Made by a program: the position numbers and the translations under genes
Assembly: GCA_048260165.1 (NCBI GenBank)
Contig: JBLXHA010000014.1
Span: 62,882-126,881, forward strand
Length of the DNA stretch: 64,000 bases
Source: Verrucomicrobiales bacterium
GTDB lineage: Bacteria > Verrucomicrobiota > Verrucomicrobiia > Verrucomicrobiales > DEV007
Direction: 5' to 3'
Part shown: piece after piece, positions 10,494 through 19,700 of the stretch
Position numbering within the stretch: position 1 is the first letter of the stretch
Layout: the number at the start of each line of letters is the position of its first letter
Notes under the pieces: model-generated
Seen by the model: the letters and a program-made list of their open reading frames with translations, nothing else
Database searches by the model: none
What the model was told of the DNA's origin: nothing

Positions 10494-10622
10494 CCGGAGC
10501 GTAAGCGCTTACGGCCCGGCATCCGTCAAAGCGATGCATCCCCCGGCAACCTCGCGCTGCCGAAAGGTCAGCATCAGATCTGCGGCGTTGCATCACAGCG
10601 TCCTTCATGCGAAAACGTAGCC

Positions 10623-12530
10623 ATGTCGACTTACAAGACCTCCGCACTTCGCACCGATAAGATGCCCCCGGGCATCCCTTACATCATCGGGAACGAAGCT
10701 GCCGAGCGCTTCAGCTTCTATGGAATGCGGACGATCCTCACCATTTTCATGGTGAACTACCTTTGGCTCATGGGGGACAGGACGGGCATTCAGATGGGCA
10801 ACGCCGAAGCGACGGAACGTTTTCACCACTTCGTCTCTCTCGTTTATTTCACGCCAATCGCCGGCGCCCTGCTCGCGGATCTCTTTTTCGGAAAATACCG
10901 GGTCATTATGGCTTTGTCAGTCGTCTACTGCCTCGGCCACGGAGCACTCGCTCTCATGGGACTGGCAGGAGAATCCGGAACGTGGCTCATGATCGGTCTC
11001 TGGCTCATCTCGATCGGTTCGGGCGGCATCAAGCCCTGCGTCTCGGCCCACGTCGGTGATCAGTTCGGAGCCGCGAACCGCCACCTTCTCCCCCGCGTGT
11101 TTAACTGGTTCTACTGGTCGATCAATCTCGGCGCCTTTTTCTCGACCCTGCTCACGCCGTGGCTTCTCGAATGGTATGGCCCGCACCTCGCGTTCGGGGT
11201 TCCCGGCATCCTCATGGCGCTCGCGACGCTTGTCTTCTGGATCGGCCGCCACAAGTTCGTCCACATCCCCCCGGGCGGGAAACAGTTCCAGCGGGAACTT
11301 TTCAGCAAGGAGGGCATCGGCGCGATTCTCAAACTTTCCACGATCTACGTCTTCGTCGCGATCTTCTGGGCGTTGTTCGATCAAAGCGGATCCTCGTGGG
11401 TGCTCCAGGCGGAAAATATGGATCTCAACTGGCTCGGGGTCGAATGGCTCCCCAGTCAGATTCAAGCACTCAATCCAATCCTGATTCTAACATTCATCCC
11501 CCTCTTCTCTTATGTGATATACCCGCTCGTTGACCGTGTCTACACCCTGACACCACTTCGAAAAATCGGGATCGGACTGTTCATCATGGTGATCTCGTTC
11601 ACCCTCGTCTCGGTTGCCCAGATGAAAATTGACGCGGGGGAAGCGCCTTCAATCTCCTGGCAACTCTTCGCCTACGTCGCGCTCACCGCCTCCGAGGTCA
11701 TGGTCTCGATCGTGTGCCTCGAGTTCAGCTACACCCAGGCCCCGAAAGCGATGAAGTCAGTCATCATGGCTCTTTTCCTGTTCGCCGTCTCACTGGGAAA
11801 TCAGGTCACCGCTCAGATCAATCACTTCATTCAGATCAAAGACCCGACCGCAGAACTTACCGGCAAAGACACCGAGATCGCGCTCGGGGGATTTGACGGA
11901 AAAACCGGAACCGGGGATGACGTCATCGTCACTTTCGATCAGGAAGGCTCCCGGAGCGGACTCGATTTCCCGGGGAAAGAAGCGCTCGAATCTATCGTCG
12001 CGACGATCACCGAAACTGTTAAGGAACAGAATTTCTCGACCCTGTCCGAGACGAAGGGGAACGAAGTGCTCGCCGGAGCAGAAGATCCTTTTGGCAATCC
12101 ATATCAGTTCACGCTCCTCGATCAGTCACGCATGAGGATCGTGAGCGGCGGAGCGGACGGAAAAGAGTTCACGAAGTGGGATCAGGGCGTCGTCATCACG
12201 GTGACGGTTCCCCCGGAGAAGAAGTCCTCTGGCTTCGCCGCCTTCATGGATAAATTCCGCCCTGAAAAACCGTGGATCGAAGCGAGAAAGACCAAACTCG
12301 GAGTTCCCACGAAAGCTGAAGTGGCCGAGGTGGGACCTGTCATTTCCACCGACTACTTCGTCGGCGGAAGAGTCCGCCTCGAGGGCGCCAACTACTTTTG
12401 GTTTTTCACCGCGCTGATGCTCACCGCATCCGTCGCTTTCCTCATCGTCGCCAAGCTCTACCGCCCTCGTGAATATTACCACGATGATGACGACGACGCG
12501 GAAGCGACGAGCGAAGCCACGGCCCATTAG
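10623..12530 (+). CDS. POT/PTR2 family proton-dependent oligopeptide transporter with a large soluble insertion
   Basis: GNEAAERFSFYGMRTIL (PTR2 signature) and GSGGIKPCVSAHVGDQF. A ~184-aa hydrophilic segment (aa ~405-588) precedes the last TM helix. Confidence 0.88.
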   Translation: MSTYKTSALRTDKMPPGIPYIIGNEAAERFSFYGMRTILTIFMVNYLWLMGDRTGIQMGNAEATERFHHFVSLVYFTPIAGALLADLFFGKYRVIMALSVVYCLGHGALALMGLAGESGTWLMIGLWLISIGSGGIKPCVSAHVGDQFGAANRHLLPRVFNWFYWSINLGAFFSTLLTPWLLEWYGPHLAFGVPGILMALATLVFWIGRHKFVHIPPGGKQFQRELFSKEGIGAILKLSTIYVFVAIFWALFDQSGSSWVLQAENMDLNWLGVEWLPSQIQALNPILILTFIPLFSYVIYPLVDRVYTLTPLRKIGIGLFIMVISFTLVSVAQMKIDAGEAPSISWQLFAYVALTASEVMVSIVCLEFSYTQAPKAMKSVIMALFLFAVSLGNQVTAQINHFIQIKDPTAELTGKDTEIALGGFDGKTGTGDDVIVTFDQEGSRSGLDFPGKEALESIVATITETVKEQNFSTLSETKGNEVLAGAEDPFGNPYQFTLLDQSRMRIVSGGADGKEFTKWDQGVVITVTVPPEKKSSGFAAFMDKFRPEKPWIEARKTKLGVPTKAEVAEVGPVISTDYFVGGRVRLEGANYFWFFTALMLTASVAFLIVAKLYRPREYYHDDDDDAEATSEATAH

Positions 12531-12544
12531 GCCAATCAGGCCAA

Positions 12545-13756
12545 TCAGGCATCGCCCGACAACGTCCAATGCGCCTGACGCAGCACTGCCAGTGAAGAGC
12601 CCTTCATTTTTTCATACCACACCGTGAGGAGGCTGCCGTCTTCGAGTTCGACGGTGCTCGGATAGCCCAGATCGCCGCCTGCCCCGTCGCCGGAAAGAAT
12701 CATGGGTTCGCCCCACGTTTTACCATTGTCAGAGCTGATCCGAGCCTGGTTTCCAAAGGGCGCGCGCCGGTGCCCGTAAGTCATGAGAAGTCGATCATCC
12801 CGCAGCTTCAACAGGTGTGAAGGGAGGCCGAACGTGATGGGATGAGGAATCGACCAGGTTTTCCCTCCGTCGCTCGATTCGGTCTGCAGCGTCCAGCCTT
12901 TGTTCTCTGCGCTGTGGTTTCGAATCTGGGCAATAAGCGTCCCGTCCGCCGCTTCGATCGCGTGTAATTCATGATATTCCGTCTCGGGATTATCTCCCTC
13001 CCGGGCCGGAATGTCAGCGAGCCATTGCCAGTTTTTCCCATCGTCTTTCGACTCACAGACACCTATTTTCTTCCCTTCGCTCCAGAGCATTTTCCCTGCG
13101 TAGAGCAAACGCCCGTCCTTCAACTGAGTCGGCCCGTGAGGACTGTTCACGATCGTCGGGAGGCGCTCCCCCCATGTTTTTCCGCCGTCTTCCGAGCGAA
13201 TCAACCACACCCCCAGTTCCGCCTTACGCTCCTCGGGAGTGAGCCTGTCATTGCACGCCTGCCACTGCTTCAGCTCTTTCTCACCGAACTCCTTCGTCTG
13301 CCACCCGCCTTCACCGAGCGCGCTCATCCTCACGCCTTTCTCGATGTACGGCTCGTAAGCGAGTGAGGTGAAAGTCGTCGCGATGAGCGTGCCTTTCGCG
13401 GTCTCCAGAACACCCGAATCCCTGTCATCGATCGCACCATCGAGAAGAACGCGGGGCCACGTCCAGGTCTTCCCGTCGTCTTTCGAAGTCATCGCGTGGA
13501 CCTGACCGAACGGACAGACATGAGCGACGCGTCCCCCTGACCAGGTCAACCAGAGCTCACCGTTCTTCCGCCGCGTCAGGGTCGACCAGCCGTGATAATA
13601 CTCCGGCTGCTGCGAGATTACTTTCGTTTCAATGATCGTGGCTCCGTCAGCGGCTCGAGCGGAGCCGGGAACTGCCGCGATCATACCTGCGGTGGCTGCT
13701 CCCGCCGTTTTGAGAAAATCGCGGCGGTTCTTTGGGTGGTTTGGTAGGGTATTCAT
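12545..13756 (-). CDS. BNR/Asp-box repeat sialidase-like glycosidase with a Tat-type signal
   Basis: NRRDFLKTAGAATAGMIAAVPGSARA (twin-arginine-like). Four Asp-boxes: SKDDGKTW, SEDGGKTW, SKDDGKNW/SSDGGKTW and SSDNGKTW. Confidence 0.8.
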   Translation of the reverse strand: MNTLPNHPKNRRDFLKTAGAATAGMIAAVPGSARAADGATIIETKVISQQPEYYHGWSTLTRRKNGELWLTWSGGRVAHVCPFGQVHAMTSKDDGKTWTWPRVLLDGAIDDRDSGVLETAKGTLIATTFTSLAYEPYIEKGVRMSALGEGGWQTKEFGEKELKQWQACNDRLTPEERKAELGVWLIRSEDGGKTWGERLPTIVNSPHGPTQLKDGRLLYAGKMLWSEGKKIGVCESKDDGKNWQWLADIPAREGDNPETEYHELHAIEAADGTLIAQIRNHSAENKGWTLQTESSDGGKTWSIPHPITFGLPSHLLKLRDDRLLMTYGHRRAPFGNQARISSDNGKTWGEPMILSGDGAGGDLGYPSTVELEDGSLLTVWYEKMKGSSLAVLRQAHWTLSGDA

Positions 13757-13812
13757 GGATTCAAAAATTACGATGAGAGGCCTTGGCAGCTTCCAGAGTT
13801 TCGGAGTTGGCT

Positions 13813-15306
13813 TCAGAGTTTGCCGAGAAGCGAAACGGCGAGATCTTCAAACATCGGCTGCCACTCCGGAGCGAGGAGGCAATCGCTGTCTTCCTGCGCT
13901 CCGCCCCGATTCCGAAGCTGAATCGCGGTTGGCGCGTAGTAGAGATACCCGTTCGTGTATCCCGCGACGAATGTGTGTTCGTGAGGCGACTTCTCCTTGA
14001 TGTTCAGCCCTATCGGCACGGTCAATTCGGCCGGGAAGGTGATCATTTTAAAATCCCCCACCCCGAGCGCAACAACCTCGGCATCGACGCTCTTACCGGC
14101 TTCCTGATTGCGGGCGTGATGTTTGCGCAAAAGGGCGAGGTTGATCTGTTTCCGGGTCAGCTCCTCCATCGACCGGATATTTTTCAGGTAGGCGCCCATC
14201 GCTTTCCGGTTATCAGAATCGAGCTTTTTCCAGTCATCCCGACCCAACAGCTCATCTTGAAGATAACGGTAGGAGGTGGCCGACGGGTAATCGCCGGACA
14301 TTTGATACTTCACGAAAAGAGGTAGGAAGGTTTCAAAATTCAACGTCGTTCCTTTCAATGAAATCAGGAGCTCATCGATCTCCTTTTCCATCCCCGCAAT
14401 GCGCGCCGCGAGATCCGCTCTCGGGAGAGCCATCGTCCGGGAGAGCAGAGAAAGGCCGCCTCCGGGCTGCGTCTTGATTTTTCCGGCCGCCTCGAGCACG
14501 CTCAACCCGAGACGGGTCCCGAGCGGCTTCCCGTCACGCGGCCGGGTCACTGATTTATAAAGAACGGGATTGATGTCGCCCCCGCAGCCCTGAACAAAAA
14601 GAGCGACCGCATTTCCATCTCCCAAACTGGCCTCGATCACATTGGACGCGAAGCCTGACAGATCAGCCGTGTTGCCGCCGCTCGGAATCCCCATGATGGG
14701 ATGACAGGCAAAATTATAGACGAGTGCGAGAGGAAGCCCATCGTCGACGCGGTCGATGCGGAGAATTCCGATTTCCGGATCGATCGGCCCCACCGAAGCA
14801 ACCTCATCATCGTTCGGAAGCGCGTAGGCATGACGCACGTCACTCTGCTTTCCATTTTTAAGATGGAGTCTCCGGTTGATCGAAATGCCATCTTCAGATC
14901 CGGAGCCCACTCCCGTCTTCACGGGGACGCGGCTTTCCCACGCCTTCGTGACCGCTGCAATCGTTCTCGCCTCGACATCTTCGGCAACGATTCCATGACA
15001 ATGACTCGCATTAACGATGATGGATTCCGGAGACACTCCGATCGATTTTTCCAACTTTGATCTAACATTCGCCAAATACGGATCCCGGATCGATCCGATC
15101 TCAGCAATCGCAACCGCATCCACCGTCACGATAACGACGTGGGTATCCCCTTTGCTCAGAACCAGCGCTTTCGCCCACAGAGGATTCTCCCCGGCGTCTT
15201 CACCGGGGCGGGTGATATCGACTTTCGCAACCCCTCCGAGAATCTCGTCCGCCGACAACGGCACGATGAAAAGGCAAGGGATTATGGCGGCAAGTAGTTG
15301 CTTCAT
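13813..15306 (-). CDS. neutral/alkaline ceramidase N-terminal-domain-like secreted hydrolase
   Basis: Signal peptide, then GVAKVDITRPG ... VIVTVDAVAI ... IIVNASHCHG, resembling the neutral ceramidase N-domain pattern. Same strand as the sialidase-like gene and 56 nt upstream of it. Confidence 0.65.
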   Translation of the reverse strand: MKQLLAAIIPCLFIVPLSADEILGGVAKVDITRPGEDAGENPLWAKALVLSKGDTHVVIVTVDAVAIAEIGSIRDPYLANVRSKLEKSIGVSPESIIVNASHCHGIVAEDVEARTIAAVTKAWESRVPVKTGVGSGSEDGISINRRLHLKNGKQSDVRHAYALPNDDEVASVGPIDPEIGILRIDRVDDGLPLALVYNFACHPIMGIPSGGNTADLSGFASNVIEASLGDGNAVALFVQGCGGDINPVLYKSVTRPRDGKPLGTRLGLSVLEAAGKIKTQPGGGLSLLSRTMALPRADLAARIAGMEKEIDELLISLKGTTLNFETFLPLFVKYQMSGDYPSATSYRYLQDELLGRDDWKKLDSDNRKAMGAYLKNIRSMEELTRKQINLALLRKHHARNQEAGKSVDAEVVALGVGDFKMITFPAELTVPIGLNIKEKSPHEHTFVAGYTNGYLYYAPTAIQLRNRGGAQEDSDCLLAPEWQPMFEDLAVSLLGKL

Positions 15307-15540
15307 GAATCGAAATCACCGTGAGAGTAGAAAAATCAGACCGCTAAGACAAGACGGCCTTGTGGCGCAGATAGGGCTGCGACCGTCTTCTCATCGCACT
15401 GAACTCCGTCGAGGCAGTCCCCATTTGACGGTTGCCTGCACTCTCGCTCCGCAACCGGCGGTCACCTCCCGCTACCGCGTGGGATTGGCCATTGACGGTT
15501 TTCGCGCAGAGGCGGTAGGCTTGGCGCATTCCCACGACTG

Positions 15541-17400
15541 ATGCGTTTTCCCCGCGACCTTTTCTCCGGCCTTTCCTTTTTAACGGCCCTCCTCGCTCTT
15601 CCGGTTCAGGCGGGCATCGATGAATGGATTGCCGAAGACTGCTCAGCGCATCAGATCGAGCTTCCCCCACCCGCCTCCGACACGACCTTCCTCCGGCGCG
15701 TCTATTTCACCGCGATCGGCCGTGCGCCCACGCTGGCTGAAGCCGACCGCTTCCTCGGCTCGACGGATCCGCTGAAACGGCCCCACCTCATCGATTCGCT
15801 GCTCGATTCCGAAGGCTACGCCAAACACTGGTTTCATTTCTGGGCCGACCTGCTTCGGATCTCAACCGATGTTGAAATCACACGGAGCGGCATCACGGGG
15901 CAGGCTTATTCGCAGTGGCTCCTCGATTCGCTGAAGGAAAACGTTCCCTACGATCAGCTCGTCCGGAATTTACTGAGCCGACAGGGAAACATCTGGGAGA
16001 AGGAAAACGCCGGCTCGGTGGGCTTCTTCCTTCGCGACTTCGGCATGCCGCTGGAGAATTTCAGCGGACTCATGCAACTCTTCGCAGGAACCCGGATGGA
16101 GTGCGCGCAGTGCCACAACCACCCTTTCGATAAGTGGACGCAGATGGATTTCTACGAAATGGCGGCGTTCGCCTACAAGGTTCGCGGCAGCAAATATCCG
16201 GATATTTACACCAACATCAAAGGTCCTGAAAAATCGTCGATCAACTACCTGACGATCCCGATGCGATTCGGCACGGTGACAAGCCGGAGCTGGCCCTTGA
16301 AGCTTCCCCATGATTATTTGTACAACGACGCGAAGCCGTTCGACGAAATCACGCCGGCGACCGCCTTTGGTGAGTCTGTCAGGATAAATCCGGACGAGCT
16401 CCCCATGGAGACCTTTGCCAACTGGCTCACGTCACCCGCCAATCCCCGGTTCACCCGCGTCATCGTAAACCGGCTCTGGGAGCAACTTTTCGGTGCCGCT
16501 CTCGTTCCCCCGCCCCTCGACGATCTCCGGGACGAAACCGCGGCCCACAACCCGGCTCTCGAGTCAGAGCTGATTGAGCTGATGAAAACGAATCGTTACG
16601 ACTTGAAGCGCTTTCTCTCCTCCGTCATGAAGTCTGAAGCCTGGCAGCGGGAATCCCTGACAAGATTCTATTCCCCGGGAGAACACGCCTGTTTTGAGGC
16701 CCCTTTTCTGACCCGGCTCAGCGCAGAGCAAATCTGGGATACCTTTGTGACTCTCATCGTCGATGATCCCGAGCGCCCCCATCTTCCACGGAACGCCGAC
16801 CGGATCAGCCGTCTCAATGACCTCAGAGTCCGTGCCGCGAAATTTGACGGCAAGTCCACTGAAACCGTGATCGCCTGGTTGCGCACCTCTGAGGGTCGCG
16901 AATTTGCACGGAGGAGAGGACGCGCGCCCTGCCCCGAGGCGATTGAACTTCTCGCGCAGCATAAAAGCATGATGAGAGCACTGGATAAGATCCGATCAGA
17001 AGAGATCGGATCAGCCGCGGAATTCGCTCAGTGGAAACCCACGAACGCGAGGCTCTACCGCGCGTGCGAACTCAGCTCCCCGGCGCCGCGCTCCCACTTC
17101 CTGAGAACCTTCGGTCAATCCGATCGCCTGAGCATTGCCAACGCCAACCGGAACGCCTCGGTCCCGCAATCGCTCGCAATCTTTAACGGCGAACTCACCG
17201 CAAGCGTTACGAATCCCTACTCCGCTCTTCTACGCGAGGTCCGGAGCAAGCCCGCCCAGCAGGCGCAGATCGAAGCGCTCTTTCTCGGGATCCTGACCCG
17301 CACCCCGACGGCAAGTGAGTTGGATCTCGCGAGGGAGGAATCGCTCGAGGACCTCGCCGGAGCGCTCCTCGCCACGGCGGAGTTTTTGTTTCTGCGTTAG
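15541..17400 (+). CDS. DUF1549/DUF1553 domain protein (PVC-typical)
   Basis: RVYFTAIGRAPTLAEADRFL...LIDSLLDSEGYAKHWFHFWADLLRI (DUF1549-like) and CAQCHNHPFDKWTQMDFYEMAAFA (DUF1553-like). Confidence 0.85.
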   Translation: MRFPRDLFSGLSFLTALLALPVQAGIDEWIAEDCSAHQIELPPPASDTTFLRRVYFTAIGRAPTLAEADRFLGSTDPLKRPHLIDSLLDSEGYAKHWFHFWADLLRISTDVEITRSGITGQAYSQWLLDSLKENVPYDQLVRNLLSRQGNIWEKENAGSVGFFLRDFGMPLENFSGLMQLFAGTRMECAQCHNHPFDKWTQMDFYEMAAFAYKVRGSKYPDIYTNIKGPEKSSINYLTIPMRFGTVTSRSWPLKLPHDYLYNDAKPFDEITPATAFGESVRINPDELPMETFANWLTSPANPRFTRVIVNRLWEQLFGAALVPPPLDDLRDETAAHNPALESELIELMKTNRYDLKRFLSSVMKSEAWQRESLTRFYSPGEHACFEAPFLTRLSAEQIWDTFVTLIVDDPERPHLPRNADRISRLNDLRVRAAKFDGKSTETVIAWLRTSEGREFARRRGRAPCPEAIELLAQHKSMMRALDKIRSEEIGSAAEFAQWKPTNARLYRACELSSPAPRSHFLRTFGQSDRLSIANANRNASVPQSLAIFNGELTASVTNPYSALLREVRSKPAQQAQIEALFLGILTRTPTASELDLAREESLEDLAGALLATAEFLFLR

Positions 17401-17484
17401 TCAGCCTTTGACCACACGAACCACCGCACCGCACCGGGTCGGTCCGGCATGACCGGTCACGCCCGTGATCGTCTTTCCTGACAA

Positions 17485-18168
17485 TCAGACGACCGGCTCT
17501 TCGAGCGTGGGAACCGGAGCTGATTTCACGGATCGATAAAATCGGAACTGATGCCGGTTGGCTCCCTCGGAATTGAAATGATCCGATTGGATCGGAGGCA
17601 ACACGAAGCGCTCGAATCCTTCCACGTCCGTCTTTTCAAATCCCTCAGGTCGATGATCGTCGTTGTCGTTCCAGCCGATGACGAGGTAGCCGCCGGTTCG
17701 CAGCACTCTCGAAAACTGAGAGAGCGCCATTTCGATATCCGCGTGATCATTGACGCCCCAGCCGAAAACCCCGTTACAGATAATGAGATCAAACCGGTCC
17801 TCCTCGAAGTGCCGGTCCAGCTCAAGGATGGATCCGACGACATGATTGGGAGAGGCAAACTTCGCCTTCGCCGCGTCAAAATCGATCGACTGATATTCCA
17901 TCCCCGGAAAGAGCTTGTCGTATTTCCAGGTGTACCAATCCGTTCCCACATCGAGGACGGCGCGGGTGTCATCCTGCCCGACAAACCAGGGAATCGATAC
18001 CTGTTCAAGAAAAGTTCGATCCGGAAGATTCAGTCCGATGCGGCCTCCGCGACGCAAGCGGGCCTTCGACGCGAGCTTGATGGCATCCGGAACACAGCGT
18101 TTCGCCAGTTTCACGAGAGATGTCATACCCGGCTTCTCAGAGGAGGAAAGTGATTGAGAATTCGACAT
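17485..18168 (-). CDS. class I SAM-dependent methyltransferase
   Basis: Motif I-like VLDVGTDWYTW and DLIICNGVFGWG. 227 aa. Confidence 0.7.
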   Translation of the reverse strand: MSNSQSLSSSEKPGMTSLVKLAKRCVPDAIKLASKARLRRGGRIGLNLPDRTFLEQVSIPWFVGQDDTRAVLDVGTDWYTWKYDKLFPGMEYQSIDFDAAKAKFASPNHVVGSILELDRHFEEDRFDLIICNGVFGWGVNDHADIEMALSQFSRVLRTGGYLVIGWNDNDDHRPEGFEKTDVEGFERFVLPPIQSDHFNSEGANRHQFRFYRSVKSAPVPTLEEPVV

Positions 18169-18172
18169 ACTC

Positions 18173-19561
18173 CTAAGTGGTAACAGGATCAGAAATCTCC
18201 CGGGGTTTTCCCTCCTCCGGTTCCTCTGATTCAGATCGAATCGCCTTCCAGAAAATCATCGGGAAAGCCCAACCGCTCACCGTAACGATCGACAAGGCAA
18301 CGCCAAGCCAGAGTCCGGTCAAACCTCCGAAATGCATGCCGATAATGGCAGCGAGAATCGTGAGTCCAATTTCAAAGAGCGTGTATTTCACGGAACCGAC
18401 GACACGCCCGACGCTGACGACGAGAGGTTGATTGCACCGGCGCCACGCATTCGCGAGGAAGTAAAAAGAGAAAGCGACGAAGAGGGAAACCGGCGGAGCG
18501 AACCCTTCGCCATACCACCTTGGCAACGCCCATGGCCCCACGAAAATGGCACCGAGGCCGGCGAGAAGAGCGAAAACCAGCGTGTAGGTGTAGATCTTTG
18601 AAACCGCAGAAAGAATCCAGGGTCGATCCCCTTTCGCCCAGGCATCGATCACGGCGGGGCGCATCGGGCTCATGATCATGAGAATAAATCCGTTGAGGGC
18701 AATCGTGATCGAAACAAACACCTGAAAAATGGCGACGTCATCCGGCCCTGCCATTCGCCCTACGATGAGGGCACAGAGGTTGAACTCGACCATGACAGTG
18801 AGCGCGTAGGAAACCGAGAGAGCAAGACCGTCCTTGAGAATCCTGCCCGCGATCGGGCGTTCGAAGTTCCTGAGTTTAGGAAGCAGATACGAGCGCTTCT
18901 TCAGAAGAAAAACGGTGTTCGTCACTCTCACGAGCACGTGAGGACCGAACACCGCAATGAGAAGAAGTTGCACCGTCGCCACCCCTGACAAAGCAATATA
19001 GCCGACGCAGATGGCGGACAGAACATTTCCCACCGCCCCCCAGGCATTGGAGTGATTCGACTCCATGTAGCCCTCTCTCGTCTGGTCGGTGTGACTCAAA
19101 ATCAGCTCGCACGTGTAGAGGCACAACCCGACGACGAGTCCCGGTATCATCACGCTTTCCAATCCTGCGTAATTGGCCCCGAACAGTGCCTCGATCGGAA
19201 CGAGCGAAATCACCACTCCCATGATTGCCGCCCCGAGAAGCGCGAACCCGGCGATCAGCACCAACGCCGTCGTGTAATATTTTCGCTCAGTATCCCGATC
19301 GCCTCTCGCGTTGGCGTTCGAAATTCCGAGCGCAAGCGCCGGACCCACCCCCAGCTCGAGGAGAACGATCAGCGTGATCGTCATCGAGATCGTCGCGTAG
19401 ATCCCGAACTCTGTTTTTCCGAGGACCTGAGCGGCCAGCGGCAACGAAACCAGCTGCAACAAAGCAGCGCCCATTTTGGACGCTAACGAGGTCAACACAG
19501 CCGACTTGATGGATCGATTCCGTGTCGTTTTGCAGTTAAGGCTGGAAGCGATGTTACTCAA
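18173..19561 (-). CDS. polysaccharide/oligosaccharide flippase (MOP/Wzx-like) membrane protein
   Basis: 462 aa with about 12-14 hydrophobic helices. The N-terminus SLASKMGAALLQLVSLPLAAQVLGKTEFGIY is typical of Wzx-like proteins. The start codon is TTG and no upstream ATG is available. Confidence 0.65.
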   Translation of the reverse strand: MSNIASSLNCKTTRNRSIKSAVLTSLASKMGAALLQLVSLPLAAQVLGKTEFGIYATISMTITLIVLLELGVGPALALGISNANARGDRDTERKYYTTALVLIAGFALLGAAIMGVVISLVPIEALFGANYAGLESVMIPGLVVGLCLYTCELILSHTDQTREGYMESNHSNAWGAVGNVLSAICVGYIALSGVATVQLLLIAVFGPHVLVRVTNTVFLLKKRSYLLPKLRNFERPIAGRILKDGLALSVSYALTVMVEFNLCALIVGRMAGPDDVAIFQVFVSITIALNGFILMIMSPMRPAVIDAWAKGDRPWILSAVSKIYTYTLVFALLAGLGAIFVGPWALPRWYGEGFAPPVSLFVAFSFYFLANAWRRCNQPLVVSVGRVVGSVKYTLFEIGLTILAAIIGMHFGGLTGLWLGVALSIVTVSGWAFPMIFWKAIRSESEEPEEGKPREISDPVTT

Positions 19562-19700
19562 AACAGTCTAATAAACCATACTTTAATATAATTTCTAGAA
19601 GTTTAAAAACAATCATCGATCATAATCGCACGTGGAGGGCTTTTTCCCACGTCTGACCGTCAAAATTGAGAACGCCCGCAGCCCGCGCGTGCCTCACCTC
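19562..19700. promoter_or_regulatory. AT-rich intergenic region upstream of the flippase-methyltransferase pair
   Basis: taataaaccatactttaatataatttctagaagtttaaaaacaatc is conspicuously AT-rich in a high-GC context. No canonical -35/-10 could be fixed. Confidence 0.25.
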
